This document shows positions 18,645 through 29,257 of a DNA stretch of 64,000 nucleotides, in pieces. A model generated the notes under the pieces. The model was not told the DNA's origin. It did not search any database and saw only the letters and a list, made by a program, of their open reading frames with translations. Source of the stretch: Candidatus Bathyarchaeota archaeon (GTDB lineage: Archaea; Thermoproteota; Bathyarchaeia; Bathyarchaeales; Bathycorpusculaceae); assembly GCA_963741005.1 (NCBI GenBank), contig CAVUGQ010000005.1:271965-335964 (forward strand), written 5' to 3'. The position numbers and the translations under genes were made by a program. Every line of letters starts with the position of its first letter. The first letter of the stretch is position 1.

Positions 18645-20416
18645 AATTTATGGCGAGTAATCCTGAGAATCCAGTTACTTTACTGCGTGATGGCGGTATG
18701 GTAGTGTATCCTACGCAGCAAGAGGATGCTATAGCAGGCAGTAGTATACGGATTCCCTCTGTTTCTACGGCAATGGGCGCGGAGTTTGGGGAAGCAATCA
18801 CAGATGACAACCGCATATTCGCTGCGACTCGTGAGCCTATTGCAGGGTTCTTAACTGGCGGCTCCGATGGGCAACGGGGTTTTCCTAAAGACATCGTGGA
18901 AAAATGGTTCACCATAAACGATGTAACAACTAAAGATCCTGATCCAGAGCTTGATCGGGCACTGCAAAAAGAGTTTAGGCGCCTCAAATACAAAAGAGTT
19001 TTGACAGGTTTTGTTGGAGCCAAATTTCTTTATGGCAACACCTTAGTTGTCGGCTCATACGACGACGTCACTAAGCTTTCAGTGTTAGAGACTGAGAAGC
19101 CGCAGTCAGCTGCTTTGATGCAGCTTGAAGTTTACCCAAAAAATAGCTATAGCGTTTTTAGCAAAGAAACAAACCAGGAGAATTTGCGTTACGGTTTGCC
19201 ATTGATTTATCAGGTTAGTGATGGTTCAAGAACTTTCCATGTGCACTGGACCCGATGTTTTGAGTATGTTGGAGTTAGTATTCTTGATTTGATTTGGGAT
19301 GACCTCACCTGCGGTCGTAATATTCGGTGGGGTGTGGGGCAATGGGTTTATCGCACTGGCGGCGGCTTTGCGGTCATAAAGTTTCCAAAAGAAATCGCTG
19401 GAGTTCCAACTACTAAAGAGAAGTTGAGTGCGTGGGCAAATAGTAAAGAATGGAGCAACATCACACATCGCACCTCAATCTGCATTTTAGAGGGGATGGA
19501 GTTTGATTTTAAAGGTGCCTTGGGCGCAGCGCTTAACCCAGAGCCGTTTTTTGACACTAACACAAAACAGATTGCGAAAGCCACTGGTATCCCAAAAAGC
19601 ATCTTGGAGGGTGCTGAAGCTGGGGCGCTTACTGGGTCGGAGAAGAATGATCAGCAATACTACAAGAAAATTAGCGGGGAACAAAGTGAACTAGATGATT
19701 TGAACCGCTGGGTAATAGATCAACTTGAACCTGTACGTCAAACGGTGACTGTTAACGTGGATTCAGCTAAGTCTGTGGGGTCAATTTTGAAGCGTATGTT
19801 CCATAAAGCATTGGCTGTTACAGTGAAAGATCAACCTGACCCTGTTGTAGTTGATTACGATATAGTTTGGAATAGCGGGTTTGAATTATCCAAGCTTGAT
19901 GAAGCTCGGGCAGATTTGATTGAGGAGCAAGCAAACCAAACAAGGCTGCAGTATAAAACTGTGGATGAGGTTCGAAGCGACAATAATCTGAATCCTTTGC
20001 CGTTGGGTGCTGGTGAAGTTGTTATTTCTTTAAGTAAATCGCCGTCTTCAGGTCAATTTCCAAGTAGCTTGTCTGGTATCACGGCGTCAAATTCGACTGG
20101 AACTGTAAATGCTGACGATGCAGGTTCGCAGTTGCCTAATATGCGCAATTTGCTCAAGCCTATTATTAAGCAGGTTTTTGATGGGCATATGACACATGAT
20201 TTAGCGCTGCAGCAAGGCCTCACACTGGTAGAGTTCTATTGCAACACCGAAAAAGAACGTGCCCTCGATTACGTCCGCGGCAAATTCCAAAACCCCACTT
20301 TGCAGATTAGCCCAGAGCAAGAATGCGCATTTCAACGCCAAAAAACACGCTATACAAAAGACTTCACATCCATCTTGAAGAAAGCTGAGCGATTAGCGAA
20401 GGCTAAACTTCCATGA
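18626..20416 (+). CDS. Portal protein (putative)
   Basis: 596 aa. Immediately after TerL, with overlapping stop and start. Confidence 0.6.
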   Translation: MGVWRLKFMASNPENPVTLLRDGGMVVYPTQQEDAIAGSSIRIPSVSTAMGAEFGEAITDDNRIFAATREPIAGFLTGGSDGQRGFPKDIVEKWFTINDVTTKDPDPELDRALQKEFRRLKYKRVLTGFVGAKFLYGNTLVVGSYDDVTKLSVLETEKPQSAALMQLEVYPKNSYSVFSKETNQENLRYGLPLIYQVSDGSRTFHVHWTRCFEYVGVSILDLIWDDLTCGRNIRWGVGQWVYRTGGGFAVIKFPKEIAGVPTTKEKLSAWANSKEWSNITHRTSICILEGMEFDFKGALGAALNPEPFFDTNTKQIAKATGIPKSILEGAEAGALTGSEKNDQQYYKKISGEQSELDDLNRWVIDQLEPVRQTVTVNVDSAKSVGSILKRMFHKALAVTVKDQPDPVVVDYDIVWNSGFELSKLDEARADLIEEQANQTRLQYKTVDEVRSDNNLNPLPLGAGEVVISLSKSPSSGQFPSSLSGITASNSTGTVNADDAGSQLPNMRNLLKPIIKQVFDGHMTHDLALQQGLTLVEFYCNTEKERALDYVRGKFQNPTLQISPEQECAFQRQKTRYTKDFTSILKKAERLAKAKLP

Positions 20417-20766
20417 GTTTTGAATCGTTGTTTGATGCGGCTGTGCCTTTCTGGAATTCTGAGCAAGGCCTTCTGGAACGAATTGGATTATTAGCGGATC
20501 AGGTGCAGTTTGGCACTTATAATGGCTCCTTAAAAGTTATTGCTATCTCCGTTGGCGCTACTGATTTACGGATTAGCGGAGACATCACACGCAATACTTG
20601 CGAGTGGTGTGCGTTGCATGTAGGCCAAGTTTACCATCGAGGACAGTTTACGCCTGAATTGCCTAAGCATCCAAAGTGCCCTCACTATTATGAGATAGAA
20701 CGTACTGGCGCTGAACCTGTGGATCCTGACTCTGCGTTTGCAGCATTCTGGAATCTTACCTTCTAA
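20413..20766 (+). CDS. Minor head protein, Mu-F-like C-terminal domain (CxxC...HPxCxH)
   Basis: CEWCALHVGQVY...PKHPKCPHYYE resembles the conserved Cys/His motif of phage Mu F / SPP1 gp7 C-terminal domains. Coupled to the portal gene. Confidence 0.45.
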   Translation: MSFESLFDAAVPFWNSEQGLLERIGLLADQVQFGTYNGSLKVIAISVGATDLRISGDITRNTCEWCALHVGQVYHRGQFTPELPKHPKCPHYYEIERTGAEPVDPDSAFAAFWNLTF

Positions 20767-20936
20767 ATTCATGATGAACCAAATTGATTAGTGCGTGTGT
20801 GAACAGTTAGCTACATCAAATAGAGGAAGCCTTTGACTCGTGCACTCATCAATGCGTGCGTACCAAACCTAAATTGAGTTTGACAATTATTATTATCAAA
20901 AGACCCTAAATCCGCGAACCACCCTAATCACCACTC

Positions 20937-21641
20937 ATGAACACAGGTTTAACTTCCCTGCATAAAATTCTGAAAGATGAAACGAGAAGACAAATCATAC
21001 TACTGCTAAATGAGAAAAGCAGCCTTACCTACACCGAACTCTTGGATAGCTTGGAAGTTGTCAGCACAGGGCTTCTGAATTATCACCTGAAGGTTTTAGG
21101 TGACCTCTTATCGAAAAACGAAGAGGAAAAATATGTACTGGCAGAAAAGGGTAAACTTGCTTCCAGATTGCTTTCGGAGTTCCCAGAGGACAACAACCTT
21201 AAGAAGAAACCTGCATGGTGGCAAAAATTCTGGGTAGCGGAAGCCATCGTTACCCCCATTTACTTAGCGATCAATATAGCATTGTACTTCATAGGCTATA
21301 TCGACGCGACTACATTTTACAACCTTACACTCGGAATTTTTGCATTCATTGGAATCGGCTACATGATTACACACATAAAAAAAGACATACTCTCAGCCGA
21401 AGGCTTACTAAAACTCAACAAAGCGCTGTATCTGCTTGTCGGACTCTTAGTGGGAGGATTCATCATATGGATCGGCTTGACGGTTGCCATGAATGTTACA
21501 GGCGTAAGATTATTGCTAGCCAGCATCATAGGAGACGGCGCTCTTGCCATAGCAACTATGATCCCTTGCTACATTATCGGCGGCTTACTCGGCGATTGGA
21601 TAGGCAAAAAAACAAACTACTACCTCCCACACTACCCATAA
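20937..21641 (+). CDS. Membrane-anchored ArsR-like winged-HTH protein (N-terminal wHTH, C-terminal about 4 TM)
   Basis: LTYTELLDSLEVVSTGLLNYHLKVL (wHTH). Hydrophobic C-terminal half. Confidence 0.55.
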   Translation: MNTGLTSLHKILKDETRRQIILLLNEKSSLTYTELLDSLEVVSTGLLNYHLKVLGDLLSKNEEEKYVLAEKGKLASRLLSEFPEDNNLKKKPAWWQKFWVAEAIVTPIYLAINIALYFIGYIDATTFYNLTLGIFAFIGIGYMITHIKKDILSAEGLLKLNKALYLLVGLLVGGFIIWIGLTVAMNVTGVRLLLASIIGDGALAIATMIPCYIIGGLLGDWIGKKTNYYLPHYP

Positions 21642-21926
21642 ACAACTGTGTAAGAGTGTTGGCGTAGGAATGCCTTTTTAGAAGCTTCCGATGATTTGAC
21701 TTAATTTAAGCAAGCTGTCGAGCAAATATTTAGTATGAACAACTATTCAGCGGGTCGCACCCTTTTGGGTCTGAGACCCAGCGACCCACGATATCGTGTT
21801 TGTCCTTTGATTGTATTGGATTAGCTTAAAACATTAAACGAATCCCAACGGACCCAATATCAAGTATTTGGGTTTCAAATTTTGCATGTCCCTTCTAAAA
21901 TAGTCACAATTTTGTGGTGATGTAAT

Positions 21927-22283
21927 TTGATTAGGCAAATTGTTGTAGACTTCGCCGTTTTGGAGGATAGTAAAATCATCCAGGATGACAATAAATTCCT
22001 CGTTGTTAAGGCAGTGATAGCCAGCGAAATTGTGCATAAATACAAAGATGGCATGGCGTACAAGCTTGCGGACGAGTTGGAAAAGGCAGCCTGGACTGCG
22101 GATTGCAGATGGGTTAAGTTGTTGGCTCATCCGAAATCCAGCAGCCTTGACTGTGTAGAGGATGTTAACGGGAAAATGATGAATCCTGTTTTTCGTAAGG
22201 ACCTGGGACGTGTGGTTTCCATGGGAAGAAAAATCAGAGTTTGCATCATTCTGGAACCAACACACCCAACTTTAAACAGTTGA
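21927..22283 (+). pseudogene. Fragment (5' part) of the protease/scaffold gene duplicated from 29259-29600
   Basis: IASEIVHKYKDGMAYKLADELEKAAWTADCRWVK versus IASEIVHKYKDGMAYKPADELEKAAWTAEGRWVK of 29358..30413. Upstream nucleotide block 21916-22030 is near-identical to 29258-29393. Confidence 0.7.
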
Positions 22284-22479
22284 GACAAATTCACATATAA
22301 ATTGATCGATTTGGCTGTTGCAAGTTTTTTTAATTGTGTTTCTAGTTGAGACAGGCTGTTTTCATGTATTCATAATTCATAAGTGACTTATTACCCGTTC
22401 ATTGACTAGTTGAGTTGGGGTAATTCTAATACAGTATCTCGATCAGAATGGTATAGTTGTAGAAGTATCTGATTTGGCG
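22244..22479 (+). repeat. Promoter-region direct repeat, copy 1 (near-identical to 25231-25464). Contains a 2x CTAGTTGAG motif.
   Basis: About 235-bp near-identical block read directly. Confidence 0.85.
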
Positions 22480-22989
22480 CATTCATCCAAAAAAGGCGCT
22501 ATTCGTGTTTTGTATGTAGACGACGACCCTTATAGTATAGAGATTTCCAAGCAGATCCTAATGGACATCGATGCCCGCTTTGAGATTAGCGACGCTTGTT
22601 GTGTGGATGTAGCCTTCAAAAAACTGGAAACTGGGCAATATGATGTTGTTGTTTCTGATTATGAATTGCCTCTTAAAAATGGCTTAGAATTTCTAAAGGA
22701 GTTGCGTAAAAATAAAAATGAAATTCCGTATATTTTGTTTACGGGTAAGGGCAGAGAAGAAGTTGCGGTTAAAGCTTTGAATTTAGGTGCTGACAGTTAC
22801 ATAAGCAAGATCGGTTCTACAAAAACAGTTTTTTTCGAGTTGGCGGATGCAATAAACAAAGCAATTCAACGCAAGAAATCAAAAGAGCTGCTTGCCGGAT
22901 CAGAGACAAAATATCGCACTAGTAGAGAAATCACTTCAAGGAATATTAGTTACAAAAGTAGGTCCACTCAGGCTAGTTTTTGCAAATAA
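22474..22989 (+). CDS. Response-regulator receiver (REC) domain. N-terminal part of sensor 1, separated from the kinase ORF by a frameshift or overlap.
   Basis: VLYVDDDPYSIEISKQIL...VVVSDYELPLKNGLEFLK...FTGKGRE. The paralog 25460..28480 has REC-PAS-HK in one frame. Confidence 0.75.
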   Translation: MAHSSKKGAIRVLYVDDDPYSIEISKQILMDIDARFEISDACCVDVAFKKLETGQYDVVVSDYELPLKNGLEFLKELRKNKNEIPYILFTGKGREEVAVKALNLGADSYISKIGSTKTVFFELADAINKAIQRKKSKELLAGSETKYRTSREITSRNISYKSRSTQASFCK

Positions 22990-24796
22990 TGCTATGGGAA
23001 AAATCCTGGGTTACTCTTCGCAGGAATTACTGTCCTTATCGCCCCAAGGAATTATGGGCTTGATTTATCCTGAAGACAGGGCTATTTTCTTTAAACGAAT
23101 GGAAAATCGCTTGCAAGGTGAAGAGCCAGAGTCATTCCACGAGTTTCGTGCAGTGAGAAAAGACGGCTCAATAATCTGGATGAACGCGCTTGCAAATCGA
23201 ATTGAGTTTGAAGAGCAACCTGCAGTACAGGGCGTTTTCTTAGATATTGACGAACGCAAGAAACTAGAAGCTACAGTTAAAGAAAAACTGGATATGCTTG
23301 AAGCCCTCACAGAAAACATCGGCGCGGGCTTTGTAACCATAAGCAAAGATTATCGTGTAATGTACGCGAATAAATTCGTAAAAAACAATTTAGGCAACGT
23401 AGAGGGAAAATTGTGCTATGCAACCCTTAACACTTTGGACCACATTTGCCCTGATTGCGGAGTAAAAAAAGTCTTCAAAGAGGGAGTCGCTAAAGACTCT
23501 CACGAATATTCTCAAATAGGATTAGATGGCAAGCGGTTTTTCGTTGACATTATTGCCACTCCCCTTAAAGATAAAGATGGAAATGTGACTGCAGCATTAG
23601 AGTTTATTGTAGACATAGGTGAAAAAAAACGCTTACAGCAAAAACTGCAGACAAACGAGGCAAAGTTTAGAGCTATAAGTGATTCTGCAATTGACGCTAT
23701 TTTCATGTTTGATGAAGAAGACAAAATCACTTACTGGAATCCTGCCTCTGAAAGAATTTTTGGATTTACTGAAGAAGAAGTAGTTGGCGAGAAAGTAAAC
23801 GCGACACTCGTGCCTTCTCGCTTTCGCGCAGAGCACCTGAAAATCACTTCGGAATTGGGCAAAGTCAAGAACAAGGAAAATGCTGGTGAGACTCGCGAGT
23901 TGCCTGCTCTGCGAAAAGATGGTGAAGAATTTTCAATGGAGCTTTCTATGGCGCCACTGCAGCTAGAAAATAAAGGGTACTTCGTAGCTATAGCAAGAGA
24001 TGTGACTGAGCGCAAAAAAGCTGAAGAGCTCCGAAAAGTTTTGGAGAGAAAAGTAAACGACTATTCAAAACACTTGAAATGCATGGTTGAATTGAGAACT
24101 GTCCAGTTAAGGGATGCTAATGAACGACTCGTCAAGTCTGAACGCCTAGCCGCTATAGGCGAATTAGCTGGCATGGTCGGTCATGACCTGCGTAACCCGC
24201 TTGCAGGAATCAAAAACGCTGCCTACTACTTGAAGAAGAAAGGCACAGACATTTCTGAAACTAAATCTAAAGAAATGCTTGAAATAATCGATAAAGCCAT
24301 TGGCCACTCAGATAGCATCATCAACGACTTGCTAGACTACTCAAGAGAGATGCATCTGGAACTAACAAAATATCTAGCAAACAATCTTGTAGATGAGGCT
24401 ATTGGCATGATTCAGGTTCCAGAGCGAATACAAATTATAAATAACGTTCCGGATACGATTTGGATTTGGGTCAATGCTGATAAGATGATGCGAGTTTTCA
24501 TAAATTTTATCAATAATGGAATTGACGCAATTCCTGAGAAAGGAACACTCATAATGACAAGTTGCCAAACAAGAAACTATATGAAAATCAAGTTTTCTGA
24601 CACAGGCAAAGGCATACCTGAAGAAACTTTCAAAAAGCTTTTCACGCCTCTGTTCACCACTAAAGCACAGGGTATGGGTTTTGGCTTAGCAATATGCAAA
24701 CGAATCGTAGAAGCGCATGGAGGCGCCATAACCGTGAAAACAGCCGTAAAAAAGGGAACAATATTCACAATAGCTTTACCCCTAAGGAATAGTTAA
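22892..24796 (+). CDS. Sensor histidine kinase 1 (3 PAS, HisKA, HATPase_c). One PAS carries the Cys triad C-x9-C-x2-C.
   Basis: H-box AGMVGHDLRNPLAGI. G2 box KAQGMGFGLAICKRIVEAHGG. PAS-linked RDVTERKKAEE segments. CYATLNTLDHICPDCG. Confidence 0.8.
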   Translation: MPDQRQNIALVEKSLQGILVTKVGPLRLVFANNAMGKILGYSSQELLSLSPQGIMGLIYPEDRAIFFKRMENRLQGEEPESFHEFRAVRKDGSIIWMNALANRIEFEEQPAVQGVFLDIDERKKLEATVKEKLDMLEALTENIGAGFVTISKDYRVMYANKFVKNNLGNVEGKLCYATLNTLDHICPDCGVKKVFKEGVAKDSHEYSQIGLDGKRFFVDIIATPLKDKDGNVTAALEFIVDIGEKKRLQQKLQTNEAKFRAISDSAIDAIFMFDEEDKITYWNPASERIFGFTEEEVVGEKVNATLVPSRFRAEHLKITSELGKVKNKENAGETRELPALRKDGEEFSMELSMAPLQLENKGYFVAIARDVTERKKAEELRKVLERKVNDYSKHLKCMVELRTVQLRDANERLVKSERLAAIGELAGMVGHDLRNPLAGIKNAAYYLKKKGTDISETKSKEMLEIIDKAIGHSDSIINDLLDYSREMHLELTKYLANNLVDEAIGMIQVPERIQIINNVPDTIWIWVNADKMMRVFINFINNGIDAIPEKGTLIMTSCQTRNYMKIKFSDTGKGIPEETFKKLFTPLFTTKAQGMGFGLAICKRIVEAHGGAITVKTAVKKGTIFTIALPLRNS

Positions 24797-24827
24797 AATG
24801 TACCTATAAGATGAACATAAACTAATA

Positions 24828-25049
24828 GTGGCATTAGTTTTAGGTACTGTAGGTTTTTTTGTTGGTCGCGCGGCGGTACATGGTTTTATTTTGAAGGATC
24901 GCTCATTTTTAAAAGAGTTTACTCTTTCCATTGACTCGCCAGGAGAGTTTCATTGGCAAAAATACGATTACGTGCAGCGGAACATCTGCATAGACCAATT
25001 GGCAGCGCCATCAACACAGGATCCTATACTAATGCACTTCAATTGTTAG
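24828..25049 (+). pseudogene. Internal fragment of the protease/scaffold gene (matches aa about 110-150 of 29358..30413)
   Basis: SPGEFHWQKYDYVQRNICIDQLAAP versus TPGEFQGQKYDYVQRNICIDHLAAP. Confidence 0.65.
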
Positions 25050-25230
25050 CACCCGCATAAGGTGTTCAGTACTTCAAGCTGGCTGGTCCGCAACCAAAAT
25101 GCGAATATTGCATCAAGTATTATGGGTGCATCTATCGGCAAGGCATGTATATAGCCCGAGTTTCCTGCACACCCAAATTGTTCTCACACCTGGGATATTT
25201 GGTTTCAACGGGGAAAAAAATCAGATTTCG

Positions 25231-25464
25231 CATCATTCTTGAACCAACACACCCCAACTTTAAACAGTTGAGGCAAACTCACCTATATTGATCGCCTTGG
25301 CTGTTGCATGTTTTTTTAATTGTGTTTCTAGTTGAGGCAGGCTGTTTTCATGTATTCATAATTCATAAGTGACTTATTACCCGTTCATTGACTAGTTGAG
25401 TTGGGGTAATTCTAATACAGTATCTCGATCAGAATGGTATAGTTGTAGAAGTATCTGATTTGGC
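25231..25464 (+). repeat. Promoter-region direct repeat, copy 2
   Basis: Near-identical to 22244-22479. Confidence 0.85.
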
Positions 25465-28400
25465 GGTTTCAAACAAAAAGAGTGCTATTCATGTTCTGCA
25501 TGTTGATGACGACCCGTCCATTCAAGAGATAACAAAACTAATGCTAACTGATATGGATAGCTGCTTTGAGATTGATCAGGCTTGCTGTGTTGATGAAGCT
25601 TTCAAGAAGCTTGCAGCCAAAAACTATGATGTTGTGGTTTCTGATTATGAGATGCCCCAAAAAGACGGCTTACAGTTTCTAAAAGAGTTGCGTGAGGCAA
25701 AAAACGCTGTTCCTTTCATATTGTTTACTGGGAAGGGTAGGGAAGAAGTATCCATCAAAGCGTTGAATCTGGGCGCGGATGGTTACTTCCACAAGCAAGG
25801 CCTACCCGAAACCGTCTACGGCGAACTCGCACACGGCATAACTCTTGTTACTGAAAAAGCAAAAGCAAAAACAGCCTTAGAGGCGAGCGAAAAACGATAC
25901 CACACGCTTATGGATAATGCAGCAGAAGCAATTTTTATTCACGATATAAAAGGGAAATTATTAGATGTTAATCTGCAAGCATGCAAAAATCTACAGTATA
26001 CAAGAGAAGAACTGCTCTCAAAAAGTATTAAAGACATATCCATTACCGCAGAAGATGGAAAACAAATAGGTGAAATATGGTCCAAAGTGCTTACAGGGCA
26101 CACCATCAATCTACAGAGCATCCAAATACGTAAAGACAAAAGCATATTTCCAATAGAGGTAACTTTGAGCACTATATCTCTTGATAAAGAAAAATTAGTA
26201 ATTGCTTTGGTGCGAGATATCACCGAACGCAAAAAAGCTGAAGATGTTCTGCGAAGAAGTGAGCAGAGGTATCGAGAGCTATCTAATTCTTTGCCGGAGT
26301 TGGTTTTTGAAACTGACTTAACCGGAAAAATTATCTATATTAGTCAACGAGCTACCGATTTCACTGGCTTCACTAATGAGGAGCTTAAAGGAAGGAACAT
26401 GTTGGAGTTCGTTATTCCTGAAGAACGAAAAAGAGCAATAGAGAACATGAAGAGATCCTTAACTGGTGAAAATTTGGGTTCGACTGAGTATACCCTTTTC
26501 AAGAGAGATGGTTCAACTTATCCCACCTTCATTCGAACCGCTCCCATCATTTCCGAAAGCAAAGTAACTGGACTCCGAGGACTAGTCATCGAAATAACTG
26601 AACGCAAGAAAGCTGAAGATGATTTGAAGTTTTCCAAGGAGTTTAGTGAGAGCGTAATTAACTCGGTAGATGAGGTGCTTCTTGTAATTGACGTTAATGA
26701 TTTCAGGATAGTTGATGCCAATTCTGCAGCTTTAAAGCAAACAGGCTGCAGTAAAGCAGAATTGACTAAGAAAACATGCTACGCCATGACGCATCATAAA
26801 CCTGTCTCTTGCCAGCCTCCAAATGATATTTGCCCCATTCATGAAATGCTACAAACCGGTAAACCAGTCAAGGTTGAACACAAACACTTTGACAAAAATA
26901 ACAATGAACTATCAGTGGAAGTTTCGGTTTACCCAATTAGAAACGTTGAAGGCAAAATAATTCAAGCAACCCACATTTCAAGAGATATAACGGAAATCAA
27001 AACGGATAGAGTGATGTCAAAGAGTGCTTGTAATCAGCTTAATTCCTTGTTTTTGGCAATGAATGAAGGATTTTGCCTACATGAATTAGTTTATAATAAG
27101 TTTGGCAAAGCAGTTGACTACACGATTCTAAACGCCAACCCGGCTTATGAAGAAATATTGAGATTAAAGAAGAACGAGGTTATCGGGAGAAGAGGGTCTG
27201 AAATTTATGGTTCAAATCAGGCACCCTATCTGGAATTATATGTAAAGGTTGCTGAAACCAAAGAACCAATCATTTTTGAAACATATTTTGACCCTCTAAA
27301 AAAACACTTCAGTATCTCTGTTTTTTCACCAAACAAAGATCAATTTGCAACAGTATTCACAGACATTACTGACCGCAAAAACGCTGAAGAAAAATTGAAA
27401 AATTTAAAGGCGTTTGATGAAAGAATAATTAGCTCTCTTAGTGAAGCTCTTTTAGTAATTGATCCTGATAACTATAAGATTATCACCGTCAATGACGAAG
27501 CACTAAAACAAATGAAGATGAAAAAGGACGACGTTATTGGAAAAACATGCTATGAAATGACGCACCACAGAACAACCCGTTGCCAACCTCCAAATGATAT
27601 TTGTCCAATTCAAGAAGTGATAGAAACTGGCAATTCCGTAACGGTTGAGCATGTCCATCTTGACGAAAACAACAATCAACGAATTGTAGAAGTCTGGGCT
27701 CGTCCTGTAATAAATCCAGAAGGCAAAAACGTGATTATTCACGTAGCCAAAGACATCACTGAACGTAAAAGAGCTGAAGAATCAATGAACCGGATGATGG
27801 ACCAGTTGGTGTTGGTTAATGAGAAGTTGGGTGTCGTTGGCAGCTTGACTAGACATGATGTCCGTAACAAGCTTTCAACTGTGACTGGTTATGCGTATTT
27901 GCTTAGGAAAAAGCATTCTGATCAAGCAGATATCATTGAAGGGCTTGGCAAAATGGAGCAAGCTGTTGGGGAGTCGATGAAGATGTTTGATTTCGCTAAA
28001 ATGTATGAACAGTTAGGGGTAGAAGAACTGACATTTATAGACGTTGAAGCTAAACTAACTGAAGCAATTACATTGTTTTCAGGTTTGCTGCCAAAGATAA
28101 TAAATAAATGCCACGGATTAACGGTCTTAGCTGATTCATTTCTTAGGCAAATGTTCTACAATTTCATTGATAATACGAGAAAATACGGCACAAAAACCAC
28201 AACTATAAAAGTGCACTATGAAAAGGCGGACCACGATAGTTTAAGGTTGGTTTATGAAGATGATGGTGTAGGTATATCTTTAGAGAATAAAATGCGTCTT
28301 TTCAGGGAAGGTTTCAGCACAGGCGGCAGCACAGGCTTTGGACTATTCCTCACCAAAAAGATGATAGATGTTTATGGCTGGGCAATTGAAGAGAATGGTG

Positions 28401-28480
28401 AACCAGGCATAGGCGCCAAATTCATCATAACCATTCCAAAACTAAACAAAAATGGAAAAGAAAACTATCAAATTACCTAG
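25460..28480 (+). CDS. Hybrid sensor 2: REC plus multiple PAS plus HisKA-like plus HATPase_c (1006 aa). Two tandem PAS copies each carry the Cys triad C-x10-C-x6-C-P-I-H.
   Basis: REC VLHVDDDPSIQEITK...VVVSDYEMPQKDG. TCYAMTHHKPVSCQPPNDICPIHE and TCYEMTHHRTTRCQPPNDICPIQE. H-box LTRHDVRNKL. G2 GSTGFGLFLTKKMIDVYGW. Confidence 0.8.
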   Translation: MAVSNKKSAIHVLHVDDDPSIQEITKLMLTDMDSCFEIDQACCVDEAFKKLAAKNYDVVVSDYEMPQKDGLQFLKELREAKNAVPFILFTGKGREEVSIKALNLGADGYFHKQGLPETVYGELAHGITLVTEKAKAKTALEASEKRYHTLMDNAAEAIFIHDIKGKLLDVNLQACKNLQYTREELLSKSIKDISITAEDGKQIGEIWSKVLTGHTINLQSIQIRKDKSIFPIEVTLSTISLDKEKLVIALVRDITERKKAEDVLRRSEQRYRELSNSLPELVFETDLTGKIIYISQRATDFTGFTNEELKGRNMLEFVIPEERKRAIENMKRSLTGENLGSTEYTLFKRDGSTYPTFIRTAPIISESKVTGLRGLVIEITERKKAEDDLKFSKEFSESVINSVDEVLLVIDVNDFRIVDANSAALKQTGCSKAELTKKTCYAMTHHKPVSCQPPNDICPIHEMLQTGKPVKVEHKHFDKNNNELSVEVSVYPIRNVEGKIIQATHISRDITEIKTDRVMSKSACNQLNSLFLAMNEGFCLHELVYNKFGKAVDYTILNANPAYEEILRLKKNEVIGRRGSEIYGSNQAPYLELYVKVAETKEPIIFETYFDPLKKHFSISVFSPNKDQFATVFTDITDRKNAEEKLKNLKAFDERIISSLSEALLVIDPDNYKIITVNDEALKQMKMKKDDVIGKTCYEMTHHRTTRCQPPNDICPIQEVIETGNSVTVEHVHLDENNNQRIVEVWARPVINPEGKNVIIHVAKDITERKRAEESMNRMMDQLVLVNEKLGVVGSLTRHDVRNKLSTVTGYAYLLRKKHSDQADIIEGLGKMEQAVGESMKMFDFAKMYEQLGVEELTFIDVEAKLTEAITLFSGLLPKIINKCHGLTVLADSFLRQMFYNFIDNTRKYGTKTTTIKVHYEKADHDSLRLVYEDDGVGISLENKMRLFREGFSTGGSTGFGLFLTKKMIDVYGWAIEENGEPGIGAKFIITIPKLNKNGKENYQIT

Positions 28481-28553
28481 TAAAATACCTTATTCTAAAC
28501 CTTTCTAGAGAGAGCGATAGAAGCCAACAAAAGAAGAGTTTCTGCCTACTTCC

Positions 28554-29114
28554 TCAAAACAAGGCCATAATGGTAGGTTTGAGGGCGAATTCTTTCTCAA
28601 TAATAAACTCGACAGATTCTGCCCATCTTCTGCATTGTTCAGGTCTGGGTCTAATCTCCATTGGCGGCCCTCTGGGTGTTGTGGAGTCATAGTTCCAATG
28701 AATAATGCCAACTTTACCGCCAAGTTTCAAAATACGGTAAGATTCTCTTAACAGCTGTTCAGGTTTTTCAAGATGGAGAATATTAAAGAGAAAAACAAAA
28801 TCAACACTCGCATCTTCTAATCCTGAACCCTCTGAAATGAAATCACATAGCACCGCCTCCACATTGCCAAGGTTGAGCTCTTTTGCCTTTTGCTCCACTG
28901 TCTTTATCATTTCGGGCTCCATGTCAAAAGCGTAAATTTTACCCGTGATTATTTTTGCTGCAGGTATGGTGAATGTTCCATAGCCACAGCCAAAATCCGC
29001 CACATCGATTACATGGCAACTTAGACCTAATTGGTTAAGTGCCTGACTTGGATCGAAAAACTGTATCCACTCTTCCTCTTTAGGCATGCCGCTTTCCCGG
29101 ATCTTCAACTGCAA
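28554..29114 (-). CDS. Class I SAM-dependent methyltransferase
   Basis: Motif I VIDVADFGCGYGTFTIPAA. 186 aa. Confidence 0.7.
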   Translation of the reverse strand: MQLKIRESGMPKEEEWIQFFDPSQALNQLGLSCHVIDVADFGCGYGTFTIPAAKIITGKIYAFDMEPEMIKTVEQKAKELNLGNVEAVLCDFISEGSGLEDASVDFVFLFNILHLEKPEQLLRESYRILKLGGKVGIIHWNYDSTTPRGPPMEIRPRPEQCRRWAESVEFIIEKEFALKPTIMALF

Positions 29115-29257
29115 TTCTCCAATTTAATTCCATTAACCCTTCGTAATTAACTTTCATGAAAAATCAGAAAAATAGCACAATAAATCCTACTTTAATTTTG
29201 TTTTCCAAACTCCTCTTTTAACTTAATCGTAGCTTCAAAAATATTTGACGGACTCAT

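Noticed and set aside
18604-19023. 139-aa minus-strand ORF
   Set aside because: Antisense to the portal gene, which is supported by synteny.
21215-21667. 150-aa Arg-rich ORF
   Set aside because: Alternative frame of the membrane wHTH gene. Composition is artefactual.
21744-21790. Nested palindrome GGGTCGCACCC-TTTTGG-GTCTGAGACCC-AGCGACCC; tRNA-like or att-like
   Set aside because: No tRNA cloverleaf or acceptor/anticodon arrangement. More likely a terminator hairpin after the 20937..21641 gene.
21834-22265. 143-aa minus-strand ORF
   Set aside because: Antisense to the protease-fragment repeat. The conserved sense-strand protein similarity explains the open frame.
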